Positions 43,890 to 52,793 of a stretch of 64,000 nucleotides of DNA are shown here, in pieces (positions within the stretch are counted from its first letter, which is position 1; each line of letters opens with the position of its first letter). A program made the translations under genes and the position numbers. The notes beneath the pieces were generated by a model, which did not search any database, was not told the DNA's origin, and saw only the letters and a program-made list of their open reading frames with translations. Origin of the DNA: Candidatus Poseidoniaceae archaeon (GTDB lineage: Archaea > Thermoplasmatota > Poseidoniia > Poseidoniales > Poseidoniaceae); contig CASIBX010000008.1 in assembly GCA_949373075.1 (NCBI GenBank), positions 985 to 64,984 on the forward strand, in the 5' to 3' direction.

Positions 43890-43962
43890 TGGGCTCGGCC
43901 AGAATTGAACTGGCGATCTTTGCCATGTCAAGGCAACGTCATAACCCCTAGACCACGAGCCC
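43890..43962 (-). tRNA. tRNA-Val(GAC), no intron, CCA not fully encoded
   Basis: GGGCTCGTGGTCTAGGGGTTATGACGTTGCCTTGACATGGCAAAGATCGCCAGTTCAATTCTGGCCGAGCCCA folds as a cloverleaf with anticodon GAC. Confidence 0.95.
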
Positions 43963-44010
43963 TTGCAAGTTGTCCACTTTGATTCGGTATATATCCGAAT
44001 CGGTAGCGAA

Positions 44011-44163
44011 TCAAGAAACAATCTTGGAAATTTTACCAGTACAGCCTTCTTGAGAGCAAAACCCACCACAACGTGTGCGGCCATTGCTCATCACAATCAT
44101 CTTACCATCCTTGATGGGACCATAGGTCTTGCATTTCAAACAGAATCCGCTGACTTTAGCCAT
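44011..44163 (-). CDS. Small Zn-binding protein, DUF5679-like (50 aa)
   Basis: FCLKCK...MSNGR...GFC...C.GKISKI. Confidence 0.8.
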   Translation of the reverse strand: MAKVSGFCLKCKTYGPIKDGKMIVMSNGRTRCGGFCSQEGCTGKISKIVS

Positions 44164-44342
44164 AAGGAACGTGTTCTCCGTGGATAATCTTAGTAATGAA
44201 TACTGTGATTTGTTTATCATTTCAAAAATAATGGTTTTTTGTCAAAATACCCCCCCCTCCAAGGGGTAAAATAGCAAAAGTTGCAAAAAAACAGCCATAA
44301 AGAGTGTACTGCAAGCCTTGCAGATGTAGCTTGACAAAACCG

Positions 44343-44370
44343 TTGTCGCATAATGTATGTTATGCGACAA
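44343..44370. other. Putative dif site (XerA tyrosine-recombinase target)
   Basis: TTGTCGCATAA-TGTATG-TTATGCGACAA: perfect 11-bp inverted arms plus a 6-bp spacer, resembling E. coli dif GGTGCGCATAA-TGTATA-TTATGTTAAAT. Confidence 0.72.
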
Positions 44371-44706
44371 CTAGTGGGTCTCCAAATCGACATCATCGGG
44401 ATTAAGTGCGAAAATCCCAACCAAAGGGGGTCCACCAAGTAAGGATTCGATACCACCATCCCTAGAATCTAACTCTTCTGCGATTCTTTTTGCACTACGA
44501 TGCCAAGAATCTTCATTATCATAAATCGCCTGAAGCAAAAACATTGGTTGACCATCAATCGATCTTGAAACCCAGGCCCTTACACAACCCTCCGTCCTTC
44601 TACGCATTTCTTGCCTAGCTTCCAACATACGCTGCAATCTGGCGTCTACACCTTTGCGTGCAGAACACACTACAGTTTCCAACCAGTACGGTTTTAATGA
44701 TTTCAT
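44371..44706 (-). CDS. Hypothetical protein, ABM/dimeric alpha-beta barrel-like
   Basis: RRTEGC.RAWV.RS.D.. MFLLQAIY...DSW pattern. Confidence 0.65.
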   Translation of the reverse strand: MKSLKPYWLETVVCSARKGVDARLQRMLEARQEMRRRTEGCVRAWVSRSIDGQPMFLLQAIYDNEDSWHRSAKRIAEELDSRDGGIESLLGGPPLVGIFALNPDDVDLETH

Positions 44707-44729
44707 ATTAATCCCTACTTAATTTACGT

Positions 44730-45971
44730 TTAGTGAAAAATCATCTCGCCTTCAAGCATAGTAGCTGCAAATGGTGAATGGCCAGGTTGCAAACACCATG
44801 ATTGCCACCAGGGTCCATCTAAAATATTCAGATTAGCAATTCCACCTTCTTTGATCTGACCATGTACTAATCCCGAAGGGTGGGGAGTAGTGAGTGCTGA
44901 ATTGCGAGTACATGCTGCTAGAGCAATGATTGGCGGTATTTCATTACGTTGAACTAATATCGAGCCAATGAATGGTAAACTCAAGGTTCGACAATTAGGA
45001 TTGAAGTCTGAAGCAATAGTCCATGCCCACTCATTTTCAATACATTTTGAAAATGGAGGGTATTCCTCACCCATAGAATAAGGGGTACCTGGTAAGAAAC
45101 CCGCATTGACTCCAGATGCGTGCATTGCAGCTCTATCATCATCGTTGGTGTAGTGTGCGTGGTCCGCTGTTGATACTTTCAAATCTGCAGCTAATGCCCC
45201 ACCACCCCCATCAACAAATTCATCGATATGTATTCGTAAATCAAGACCACCTACTCTGCTGGCTTTCAGAATTTCTTCACTTTGTTCAACACTAAACCAC
45301 CCCGGCTCACAAAATACATCTGCGCTTCGGGCAATACCCTGTTCCAAAACTGCAGGAAGTTGTTCGGATAATATTTCTTCGAAATATGAATCAATCGAGT
45401 TATCCATCGGTGCTGCATGGGCACCCAGCCATGTTAGATCCAATGACGGAAGCCTTTCAATTGCGCTTATTCCTTCTGCTATCGATAATAGACGCAACTC
45501 TGATTCAGTATCAAGACCGTACCCCGATTTAGCCTCAAGATGGGTTGTGCCGTTACGTAATGACTCGCGCATACGTTCGATTCCCAAATGTGCTAATTCG
45601 GAATCAGAAGCAGTTCTAGTTGGAATAACAGTGGCTGCGATTCCTCCACCTCGTTGAGAGATTTCACGGTAACTAAGTCCCTGTTGTTTCCATGAAACTT
45701 CCCGACTTCTGTCACCACTCCACAATAAATGGGTGTGTGAATCAACAAGGCCAGGAATTACCGCCTTACCTTCTAAATCTAGTATTTCAACCTGTGAATA
45801 TTCAGAAAGTAGTTCTTCGGTTGGACCTATTTTTTCAATGACAAATCCATCTATCAAAATAGCCAAACCGGCCTCAGAAACATATGCACTTTCATCAGTA
45901 ACATTACCAATAATTGGACCATCGCCAGCCATGTGGGCGATAGGCCCGGCATTGATGAGGAGCCTTTGCAT
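44730..45971 (-). CDS. hutI: Imidazolonepropionase
   Basis: PGLVDSHTH, GGGI..TV..TR, EAKSGYGL, LGAHA, DVFCE, HIDE, ASDFNPN. Confidence 0.94.
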   Translation of the reverse strand: MQRLLINAGPIAHMAGDGPIIGNVTDESAYVSEAGLAILIDGFVIEKIGPTEELLSEYSQVEILDLEGKAVIPGLVDSHTHLLWSGDRSREVSWKQQGLSYREISQRGGGIAATVIPTRTASDSELAHLGIERMRESLRNGTTHLEAKSGYGLDTESELRLLSIAEGISAIERLPSLDLTWLGAHAAPMDNSIDSYFEEILSEQLPAVLEQGIARSADVFCEPGWFSVEQSEEILKASRVGGLDLRIHIDEFVDGGGGALAADLKVSTADHAHYTNDDDRAAMHASGVNAGFLPGTPYSMGEEYPPFSKCIENEWAWTIASDFNPNCRTLSLPFIGSILVQRNEIPPIIALAACTRNSALTTPHPSGLVHGQIKEGGIANLNILDGPWWQSWCLQPGHSPFAATMLEGEMIFH

Positions 45972-46003
45972 ATCTTGGCGAGTATGTAACCGTTAGATAG
46001 TAT

Positions 46004-47035
46004 ATGCGACAGGAAGAGATGATGGCAGGTGATTGGGTTCTCGGTATTGAATCGACCGCACATACCTTTTCGTTTGGATTGGTAGATGGTAAAGGAAGTC
46101 CTAAGCCATCTGCATCTGACACACTACGTCCAACTGAAGGTGGCATACATCCAAGAGAGGCTGCAGACCATCATGTCGAGTTATCCTCTGTTTTGTTAAA
46201 CAGAATTCTTTGTGATAATGATTTGAAAACTTCAGATATTGGAGCCGTTGCATATTCGCAAGGGCCAGGGATGGGAGCATGCTTGCGAACAGGTGCGGCT
46301 GCTGCAAGGGCGATTTCATCTCATCTTGATGTTCCATTAATTGGCGTAAATCACTGTGTTGCCCATATTGAAATTGGAAGAGAACAGTGCGGATGTGATG
46401 ATCCGATTTTGCTATACGTAAGTGGTGGCAACACTCAGGTTATTGCCAGATTGGATGGCAGATATCGTGTGTTGGGAGAGACTCTCGATATAGGAATTGG
46501 GAATATGCTTGACAAATTCGCAAGGAACCATGGTATTCCGTTCCCTGGTGGTCCAGTTATCGAGAAAAAGGCCCTTGAATATTTGTCAAAAAACCCAAAC
46601 CCGTCATTGCGAGGTTTGGAATTACCATATGCAGTTCATGGAATGGACTTGGCGTTCTCAGGTTTGATGAGTTCTGCAAACAAATTGGTTAGTCAAGGTA
46701 TGCCATTTGAGGCGGTTTGCTGGAGTTTACAAGAACATGCATTTGCGGCATGCATAGAAGTTGCTGAAAGAGCGCTTGCTCATACGGGTAAGACTGAGAT
46801 TCTTCTAGGCGGTGGAGTTGCATGTAATCAGAGATTGCGCGACATGTCTAGCATAATGTGCAGTGAAAGAGATGCAAGTAGTCACTGTCCTCCACGTATG
46901 TATTGTATTGACAATGGTACAATGATTGCAAGACTGGGATGGCTTGAAATTAATAGTGGAAGAGTAACATCACTCATAGAATCAGGCATAGACCAAGAAA
47001 TGCGAACAGACCAAACACCCATTTCGTGGGCTTGA
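46004..47035 (+). CDS. kae1: KEOPS t6A threonylcarbamoyltransferase Kae1 (not fused to Bud32)
   Basis: LGIESTAHT, GGIHPREAA.HH, NHCVAHIEIG, YVSGGNTQV, GETLDIG.GN.LDKFAR, DNG.MIA. Confidence 0.95.
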   Translation: MRQEEMMAGDWVLGIESTAHTFSFGLVDGKGSPKPSASDTLRPTEGGIHPREAADHHVELSSVLLNRILCDNDLKTSDIGAVAYSQGPGMGACLRTGAAAARAISSHLDVPLIGVNHCVAHIEIGREQCGCDDPILLYVSGGNTQVIARLDGRYRVLGETLDIGIGNMLDKFARNHGIPFPGGPVIEKKALEYLSKNPNPSLRGLELPYAVHGMDLAFSGLMSSANKLVSQGMPFEAVCWSLQEHAFAACIEVAERALAHTGKTEILLGGGVACNQRLRDMSSIMCSERDASSHCPPRMYCIDNGTMIARLGWLEINSGRVTSLIESGIDQEMRTDQTPISWA

Positions 47036-47077
47036 GGGGATGCCAAGGGTTATGAGAGGCGGATAAGCCGCAACATT

Positions 47078-47944
47078 ATGAACGGGCGAAGGCGCAAGGA
47101 TGAGCCATTCAATCCATTTGCACCAAACGCTAGTCAGAAGTCCCGTGAAAGGAAGGAAAGGACCCAACGTCCACCTCCACGTACAAAGACTCCAGAGCCA
47201 GTCAAACAGTCAGATGACTTGGCAGCAAAGCAAAAAACGGCTATTGAAGCTTTGAAGCGAAAGAAGGAACTTGAAGAAAAGAAAGCTGCTGAAAAGGTTG
47301 CGCAAAATGTTGCGCAAAGTGTTGAACCAGTGGTACGAAAGAATCCTTCACCTCAGCCGAAGCAAGCCCCAAAGACTTCAATTAAAAAGCCAGATAGTAG
47401 GGAAGATAGGCTCGCTGCATTGCGCGCCAAGTCTGCAGCCACTGCACAATTTGCTAAAGATGCAAAAGATGCAAAGAAAGTTGGAGATATTGAAGAACTC
47501 GTAGTAGAAGTGGAAAAAATTGAAGCAAAACCTGCCGTTGAAATCGAGATCGTACCTGAAGAAGTTATTACTCCAGAGGTTGTAGTTGAAACTTCTACAT
47601 CAAATGTATTCAAGACAATTAAAACCGAAAAGAAAAAGGTTGACAGAAGGCCAAAAAGAAGGCGCCATGACAAAAAGGGTGGCGGAAGACAACCACAGTC
47701 AAGAAAATTAGATCGTCGCAAATATCTAGAATACAAATACGTCGCAAAAGATTTGCTAGACAATGAAGCTATTAGTGAAGAACACAGGTCAAATGTCTTG
47801 GGACAGATTTGGGCTAAGGGCGAACGTATAGGAGTGTCTGAGGCAATCGAATTCATTACTCAAAAAGAAGAAGAACTGATTATACCTGCAGAAGTTGCAG
47901 ATGAGTTTAGAAAAATCGTAAAGAGATATACGACTAAGAGATGA
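47078..47944 (+). CDS. Hypothetical Lys/Glu-rich protein
   Basis: 288-aa ORF with low-complexity N-terminus and an apparently globular C-terminus (RKYLEYKY...LGQIWAKGER). Confidence 0.75.
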   Translation: MNGRRRKDEPFNPFAPNASQKSRERKERTQRPPPRTKTPEPVKQSDDLAAKQKTAIEALKRKKELEEKKAAEKVAQNVAQSVEPVVRKNPSPQPKQAPKTSIKKPDSREDRLAALRAKSAATAQFAKDAKDAKKVGDIEELVVEVEKIEAKPAVEIEIVPEEVITPEVVVETSTSNVFKTIKTEKKKVDRRPKRRRHDKKGGGRQPQSRKLDRRKYLEYKYVAKDLLDNEAISEEHRSNVLGQIWAKGERIGVSEAIEFITQKEEELIIPAEVADEFRKIVKRYTTKR

Positions 47945-47949
47945 TAAAT

Positions 47950-48423
47950 ATGTCAGAAGTAAAAGATAACAAAGTTGCTAGCGTGCATTATACCGGAACT
48001 TTACCAGATAGCGGTGAAGTGTTTGACTCAAGCGAGGGAAGAGACCCACTAACATTCCTAGTAGGTCATAAGAACATGATACCTGGTTTCGAACGTGAAT
48101 TGATGGGCGCAAAGGTTGGAGATAAAGTTGAATTCACACTATCGGCTGAAGAGGCATACGGTGAACACAATCCCGATGCGATTCAACAAGTACCTACCGA
48201 CATGTTTGGCGACATCACCCCTGAAGTTGGAATGACATTGAATAGCGATATGGGACCATTCAGAGTTACAGTTGTAACAGCAGAATCCGTTACTGTAGAT
48301 TTCAATCATGCATTAGCAGGCCAAGCATTAACCTTCAATGTTGAAGTTGTCGAACTACGCGATGCATCTGAAGAAGAGATTAGTCATGGGCATGCTCATG
48401 GACCCGGCGGGCAAAACCACTGA
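47950..48423 (+). CDS. slyD: FKBP-type peptidyl-prolyl isomerase, SlyD-like
   Basis: VHYTG, FDSS.GRDPL.FLVG...MIPGFE, AYG, VDFNHALAG, short His tail. Confidence 0.92.
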   Translation: MSEVKDNKVASVHYTGTLPDSGEVFDSSEGRDPLTFLVGHKNMIPGFERELMGAKVGDKVEFTLSAEEAYGEHNPDAIQQVPTDMFGDITPEVGMTLNSDMGPFRVTVVTAESVTVDFNHALAGQALTFNVEVVELRDASEEEISHGHAHGPGGQNH

Positions 48424-48436
48424 TGGAGACATCAAT

Positions 48437-49999
48437 ATGGCAAGCCAGCGAAGAGATGACTGGCGGACTCTCGGAGGTATTGAGGTTCCGAAAATAGCAG
48501 GACCTGATGTTTCAGGTACACCTCCTTACACCAGAGGAATTCACAACACAATGTATCGGTCCAGACTATGGACAATGCGGCAGTATGCAGGATTTAGCAG
48601 TGCAGAAGCAACTAATGAAAGATTCAAATTATTACTTGAAAGGGGACAAAAAGGCCTTTCAGTGGCTTTTGATCTTCCGACACAACTTGGGCTAGATGCT
48701 GATGATGAGATGAGTGAAGGCGAAGTTGGAAAAGTTGGAGTGTCTATTTCGTGTTTAGATGACATGAGGATATTATTTTCAGGAATTCCTTTGGATAAAG
48801 TTTCAACATCAATGACTATCAATGCTCCTGCAATGGTGTTACTAGCGATGTATGTTGCTGTTGCAGAAGAAAATGGAGTGAGTAGTTCACAGGTCAAGGG
48901 TACTATTCAAAATGACATTTTGAAGGAGTATATTGCTAGAGGCACGCATATATTCCCACCAGAACCATCAATGCGGCTGATTACAGATATCTTTGAATAT
49001 TGCGCAGAAGAGATACCCGAATGGAATACAATTTCTATATCGGGATACCACATTAGAGAAGCAGGCTCCACTGCAATTCAAGAAGTTGCATTTACAATTG
49101 CTAATGCATTGGCTTACGTCGAGGCTGCTGTTGAAAAGGGGCTAGACATAGACACATTCGGCCCAAGGCTTTCATTCTTCTTTAATTGTCATAATGACTT
49201 CTTTGAAGAAGCAAGTAAATTCAGAGCTGCTAGGAAATTATGGTATGACTTGATTACCGAAAGATATGCTCCTAAAAATCCCAAAAGCGCAATGCTAAGA
49301 TTCCACACCCAGGTTGCAGGAGTATCCCTAACCGCTCAGCAGCCAATGAATAACATAGCCAGAGTAACAATCCAAGCCCTCGCCGCAGTATGTGGGGGCA
49401 CACAGAGCTTACACACGAACTCGTATGATGAGGCATTGGGATTGCCAACAGAAGAAAGTGCTACTGTAGCCCTTAGAACTCAACAAATTATTGCTGAAGA
49501 AAGTGGAGCCGCAAATGTTGTTGACCCGCTGGGTGGATCTCACCTAGTAGAGATGCTAACAGATGAAATATATGAGAAATCAAAATCCAAGATTTTTGAA
49601 ATCGAGAAGATGGGTGGGGCTATGAAGTCCATTGAAGCTGGATTCCAACAAAGAGAAATTCACGAAGCCGCGTGGGACCACTTGAATCAAGTTGAATCTG
49701 GAGATAGAAAGATTGTAGGCGTCAATCATGGAGTTCTCGAAGAAGAAAAGATGCCTCCGGTTTTGAAACCAGATGCAGACTTAGGAATGCGACAGAAAGA
49801 GAAATTAGCCATTATACGCAAAAACCGAAATGGTGAAGCTGTTGAGGAGTCCCTTACTGCTATTCGAGTTGAGGCTGCAAATGAAACCAACTTATTCCCA
49901 TTAGTAATTGAGGCATTGAAGCACGACTGCACCCTAGGTGAAATTATTTCTGCCATGAAAGATGAATTTGGAACTTACATGGCTCCAAGCGGTTTTTAG
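48437..49999 (+). CDS. Methylmalonyl-CoA mutase, substrate-binding (large) subunit
   Basis: PYTRG, WTMRQYAGF, GLSVAFDLPTQ, GTIQNDILKEY, SISGYHIREAG, SLHTNSYDEAL; no B12-binding domain. Confidence 0.94.
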   Translation: MASQRRDDWRTLGGIEVPKIAGPDVSGTPPYTRGIHNTMYRSRLWTMRQYAGFSSAEATNERFKLLLERGQKGLSVAFDLPTQLGLDADDEMSEGEVGKVGVSISCLDDMRILFSGIPLDKVSTSMTINAPAMVLLAMYVAVAEENGVSSSQVKGTIQNDILKEYIARGTHIFPPEPSMRLITDIFEYCAEEIPEWNTISISGYHIREAGSTAIQEVAFTIANALAYVEAAVEKGLDIDTFGPRLSFFFNCHNDFFEEASKFRAARKLWYDLITERYAPKNPKSAMLRFHTQVAGVSLTAQQPMNNIARVTIQALAAVCGGTQSLHTNSYDEALGLPTEESATVALRTQQIIAEESGAANVVDPLGGSHLVEMLTDEIYEKSKSKIFEIEKMGGAMKSIEAGFQQREIHEAAWDHLNQVESGDRKIVGVNHGVLEEEKMPPVLKPDADLGMRQKEKLAIIRKNRNGEAVEESLTAIRVEAANETNLFPLVIEALKHDCTLGEIISAMKDEFGTYMAPSGF

Positions 50000-50007
50000 G
50001 TGATTGA

Positions 50008-50421
50008 ATGAAGATATATCTCGACCATATTGGAATTGCATGTGACAATTTAGATGAATCGTCTGCATTCTGGAAACTTATTGGCTTGACACAAGGTGAA
50101 TCTGATGAGGTCGTTGAAGAACAGGGCGTTAAGACAAGGTTTTTCTCAACTAGCGAGAATGATCCAGGGACACCGATGGTTGAACTCCTTGAACCAACTA
50201 GTAGTGATACCCCGATTGGTAAATTTTTGGCAAAAAGAGGACCTGGTATCCAACAGTTGTGCTTTAGGGTAGAAGATTTGGAATCTATGATCTCACTATT
50301 ACTCGAAAATAATGTTACCATGATCGATGAGGTACCTAGAAAAGGTTCCCATGGAGCATTAATCGCTTTTGTACATCCTAAAAGTACAGGTGGAGTACTT
50401 GTAGAGTTGGCTCAAAAATAA
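50008..50421 (+). CDS. mce: Methylmalonyl-CoA epimerase
   Basis: DHIGIA, VELLEP....PIGKFL.KRGPG, AFVHPKSTGGVLVEL. Confidence 0.92.
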   Translation: MKIYLDHIGIACDNLDESSAFWKLIGLTQGESDEVVEEQGVKTRFFSTSENDPGTPMVELLEPTSSDTPIGKFLAKRGPGIQQLCFRVEDLESMISLLLENNVTMIDEVPRKGSHGALIAFVHPKSTGGVLVELAQK

Positions 50422-50509
50422 TCTCGCTAATATCCTAATCAATTGATTATGGCATTTTTGATTATCTTACTTGGACAATACTGTTCAATCAGAACATTGA
50501 GCCACTGTT

Positions 50510-51337
50510 ATGGGCGGACCTCTATTGACACTGACCGGGGTCGCTAAGAACTTCGGTGAAGTTGAAGCTTTGACCCATGTCGACTTGGAAATAAATCCAG
50601 GTCAGGTAATTGGATTAGTTGGCGGCAATGGGGCTGGGAAAACAACATTACTTCGACTTATGGCAGGGGTAATGGAGCCATCAAACGGTTCGATTTTATT
50701 TGGTACCAAACCGGTATCGACGATGCGAGCAAAATTGGGTGTTGTACCTGAATCCACCGGTTTGTATTCTAGACTGACAGCTTGGGAGAACATTCGATAC
50801 CATTCACGTATGTACGGCATATCTGATGAAGTCGCGTGGAATAGAGTATCACATTTTGCAAACCGCCTAGAGATCACTGAATCATTGTCAAGGCATACGA
50901 AAGGATTCAGCCGTGGGATGAGGCAAAAAACAGCATTATTACGAGCACTCGCACACGGCCCTGACATTCTATTATTGGATGAGCCAACAGCAGGGTTAGA
51001 CGTTACAAGTGCGAGAACTGTGCGTTCATTGGTAGGTCAATTAAGAGATGAAGGTGGAACGGTAATTTACAGTACACACCATTTGGCAGAAGCACAGCAA
51101 GTATGTGACAGAATAATAATTGTACACAATGGTACAATTAGGGCAGATGGTTCGCCTTCAGACTTACTAGAGATGACAGGAGATACCACTCTCGAGAATG
51201 CATATGTTTCATTGACGTCAGACAAAGCAAGGCCCAGAAATGAAGACAAATCGAAAGACGGGCGTTTGGCTAAATGGTGGAGAAGGTTCCTAACAGGAAG
51301 TACACCAGAACTCAAAGAGGTGGGAGAAGATGAATAA
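50510..51337 (+). CDS. ABC transporter ATP-binding protein (NatA-like)
   Basis: GGNGAGKTT, GLYSRLTAWENI, FSRGMRQK, LLDEPTAGLD. Confidence 0.92.
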   Translation: MGGPLLTLTGVAKNFGEVEALTHVDLEINPGQVIGLVGGNGAGKTTLLRLMAGVMEPSNGSILFGTKPVSTMRAKLGVVPESTGLYSRLTAWENIRYHSRMYGISDEVAWNRVSHFANRLEITESLSRHTKGFSRGMRQKTALLRALAHGPDILLLDEPTAGLDVTSARTVRSLVGQLRDEGGTVIYSTHHLAEAQQVCDRIIIVHNGTIRADGSPSDLLEMTGDTTLENAYVSLTSDKARPRNEDKSKDGRLAKWWRRFLTGSTPELKEVGEDE

Positions 51338-52547
51338 TTCATGGCGCTTCATTTCCACCATCGCAAAGAAGGAGATAATTGAGTTTGTAAGAGATTGGAG
51401 GACATTAATTGCTCTTATCGTGATACCTCTATTGATATTCCCTGCACTATTCATAGCTTTACCATTACTACTACAGTCTGAAGCGGCAGAACTTGATGCG
51501 CTAGAGTTAGATGTAATTTGGCAAGGAGACATCAATGAAGAGTTGGAAATGGCTTTCAATGAATCCGGGTTGAATGTAACCTTCGAAGCAATGCCTGGTG
51601 GACTAAACAATTTATCGGACACGGGAGAAGAGGATGATAGATTACGAACTGAGGGCATTGAGGCAATATTCAGGCTATCACAAAACGAAACAGAATGGCG
51701 CTTTTCAATACTTTATCTATCTACGAGTGAAGCATCAAATGAAGCACGAAACAGAATCTTAATCGATATTTCAGCATGGGAAAGTGACGTAGTTAACGGT
51801 ACTCTAGTTGAGGCTGGACTGGACCCTGAAACTACATTGGACCCAGTTATTTGGGATGGCGATGTTTCGAGTGCAGATGCCGCTACAAAAGGTGAACAAG
51901 CCGGTTTAGTACTCTCGATGTTCATACCGATGGTTATTGCCATATGGACAGCCTCTAGTGCCATCCAACCCTCGATAGACATGACTGCTGGAGAAAGGGA
52001 GAGAGGCACTCTTGAAGCATTGTTATGCTTACCATGCTCTCGAATGCAACTACTAGCAGGGAAATGGTTGGCTGTTGCCACCATCACCAGTGCTGGAGTT
52101 GCTATGCAAATTGGAGGGTTGTTATTTGCAATTTCGTTCTTAGCCTCATCCTCAATTATTGGAATGCCTACAATTTCACTGACAAGTATGCTGCTATTGC
52201 TAAGCGCAGTAATTATATTTGCAATAATGGTGGTAGCATTTGAACTTGCATTGGCCATGAAGGCACACAGTGTGAAAGAAGCAGGATCTTTACTTGGTCC
52301 AGCGATATTGTTCATTATTTTCCCAGCACTATTTACCCAGGTAATCAATCTTGATGGAATTGAATCTTGGTGGTTTGCAATACCATTGGTAAATATTCTA
52401 CTAGCATTGAGGGAACTACTACTTGACAGAATCATTGTTGAACATATTGTAGTCTGGCTACTTTCAAGTATATTCTATGCAGGGTTAGCTGCATGGTTTG
52501 CAGCTAGGCAGTTCAAGCGTGAAGACCTAGTAGCATCTATTTCTTGA
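51330..52547 (+). CDS. ABC-2 permease (NatB-like)
   Basis: KE...RDWRT, IDMTAGERERGTLEALL..P..R..L..GK, IPLVN. Confidence 0.9.
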   Translation: MNNSWRFISTIAKKEIIEFVRDWRTLIALIVIPLLIFPALFIALPLLLQSEAAELDALELDVIWQGDINEELEMAFNESGLNVTFEAMPGGLNNLSDTGEEDDRLRTEGIEAIFRLSQNETEWRFSILYLSTSEASNEARNRILIDISAWESDVVNGTLVEAGLDPETTLDPVIWDGDVSSADAATKGEQAGLVLSMFIPMVIAIWTASSAIQPSIDMTAGERERGTLEALLCLPCSRMQLLAGKWLAVATITSAGVAMQIGGLLFAISFLASSSIIGMPTISLTSMLLLLSAVIIFAIMVVAFELALAMKAHSVKEAGSLLGPAILFIIFPALFTQVINLDGIESWWFAIPLVNILLALRELLLDRIIVEHIVVWLLSSIFYAGLAAWFAARQFKREDLVASIS

Positions 52548-52550
52548 AAT

Positions 52551-52599
52551 AATACCTCGGTATTACCCTAGTAATACTATGCGAATACTTATATCGCAT
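52551..52599 (+). promoter_or_regulatory. Promoter/operator of the RHH-que operon: AATAC/GTATT inverted repeats and TATA box
   Basis: AATACC-tc-GGTATT, GTATTAC-ccta-GTAATAC, a further AATAC abutting TTATAT (52589-52594), 28 nt before the ATG. Confidence 0.6.
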
Positions 52600-52616
52600 G
52601 CGCTTGACGATTGTAC

Positions 52617-52793
52617 ATGCCTAAAGTTAGTTTAGATATGCCATCTCAATTACTTGAAGACATGAAGAACCATGTCGGAGATGACGGTAAGTTTGTCTCA
52701 GTAGCAGATGCGATTCGAACAGCGTGCAGGAAGTTGTTAGATCAATTAGATGCAATAGATGCACGCCATGGGCGCTTGGAGGACTCACAATGA
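52617..52793 (+). CDS. Ribbon-helix-helix (CopG/Arc) transcriptional regulator
   Basis: MPKVSLDMPSQLLEDM...V....KFVSVADAIRTACRKLL. Confidence 0.85.
   Translation: MPKVSLDMPSQLLEDMKNHVGDDGKFVSVADAIRTACRKLLDQLDAIDARHGRLEDSQ

Noticed and set aside
44245..44270. Replication origin (ORB G-string)
   Set aside because: No TTCCAG/GAAAC ORB core, no repeated boxes and no orc1/cdc6 gene in the window
44343..44370. loxP or cloning-vector contamination (shares ATAATGTATG)
   Set aside because: The arms differ from loxP ATAACTTCGTATA and the flanks are native-looking genes
43890..44370. Integrated element at tRNA-Val
   Set aside because: No integrase, no duplicated tRNA 3' end noticed, and no viral or plasmid genes nearby
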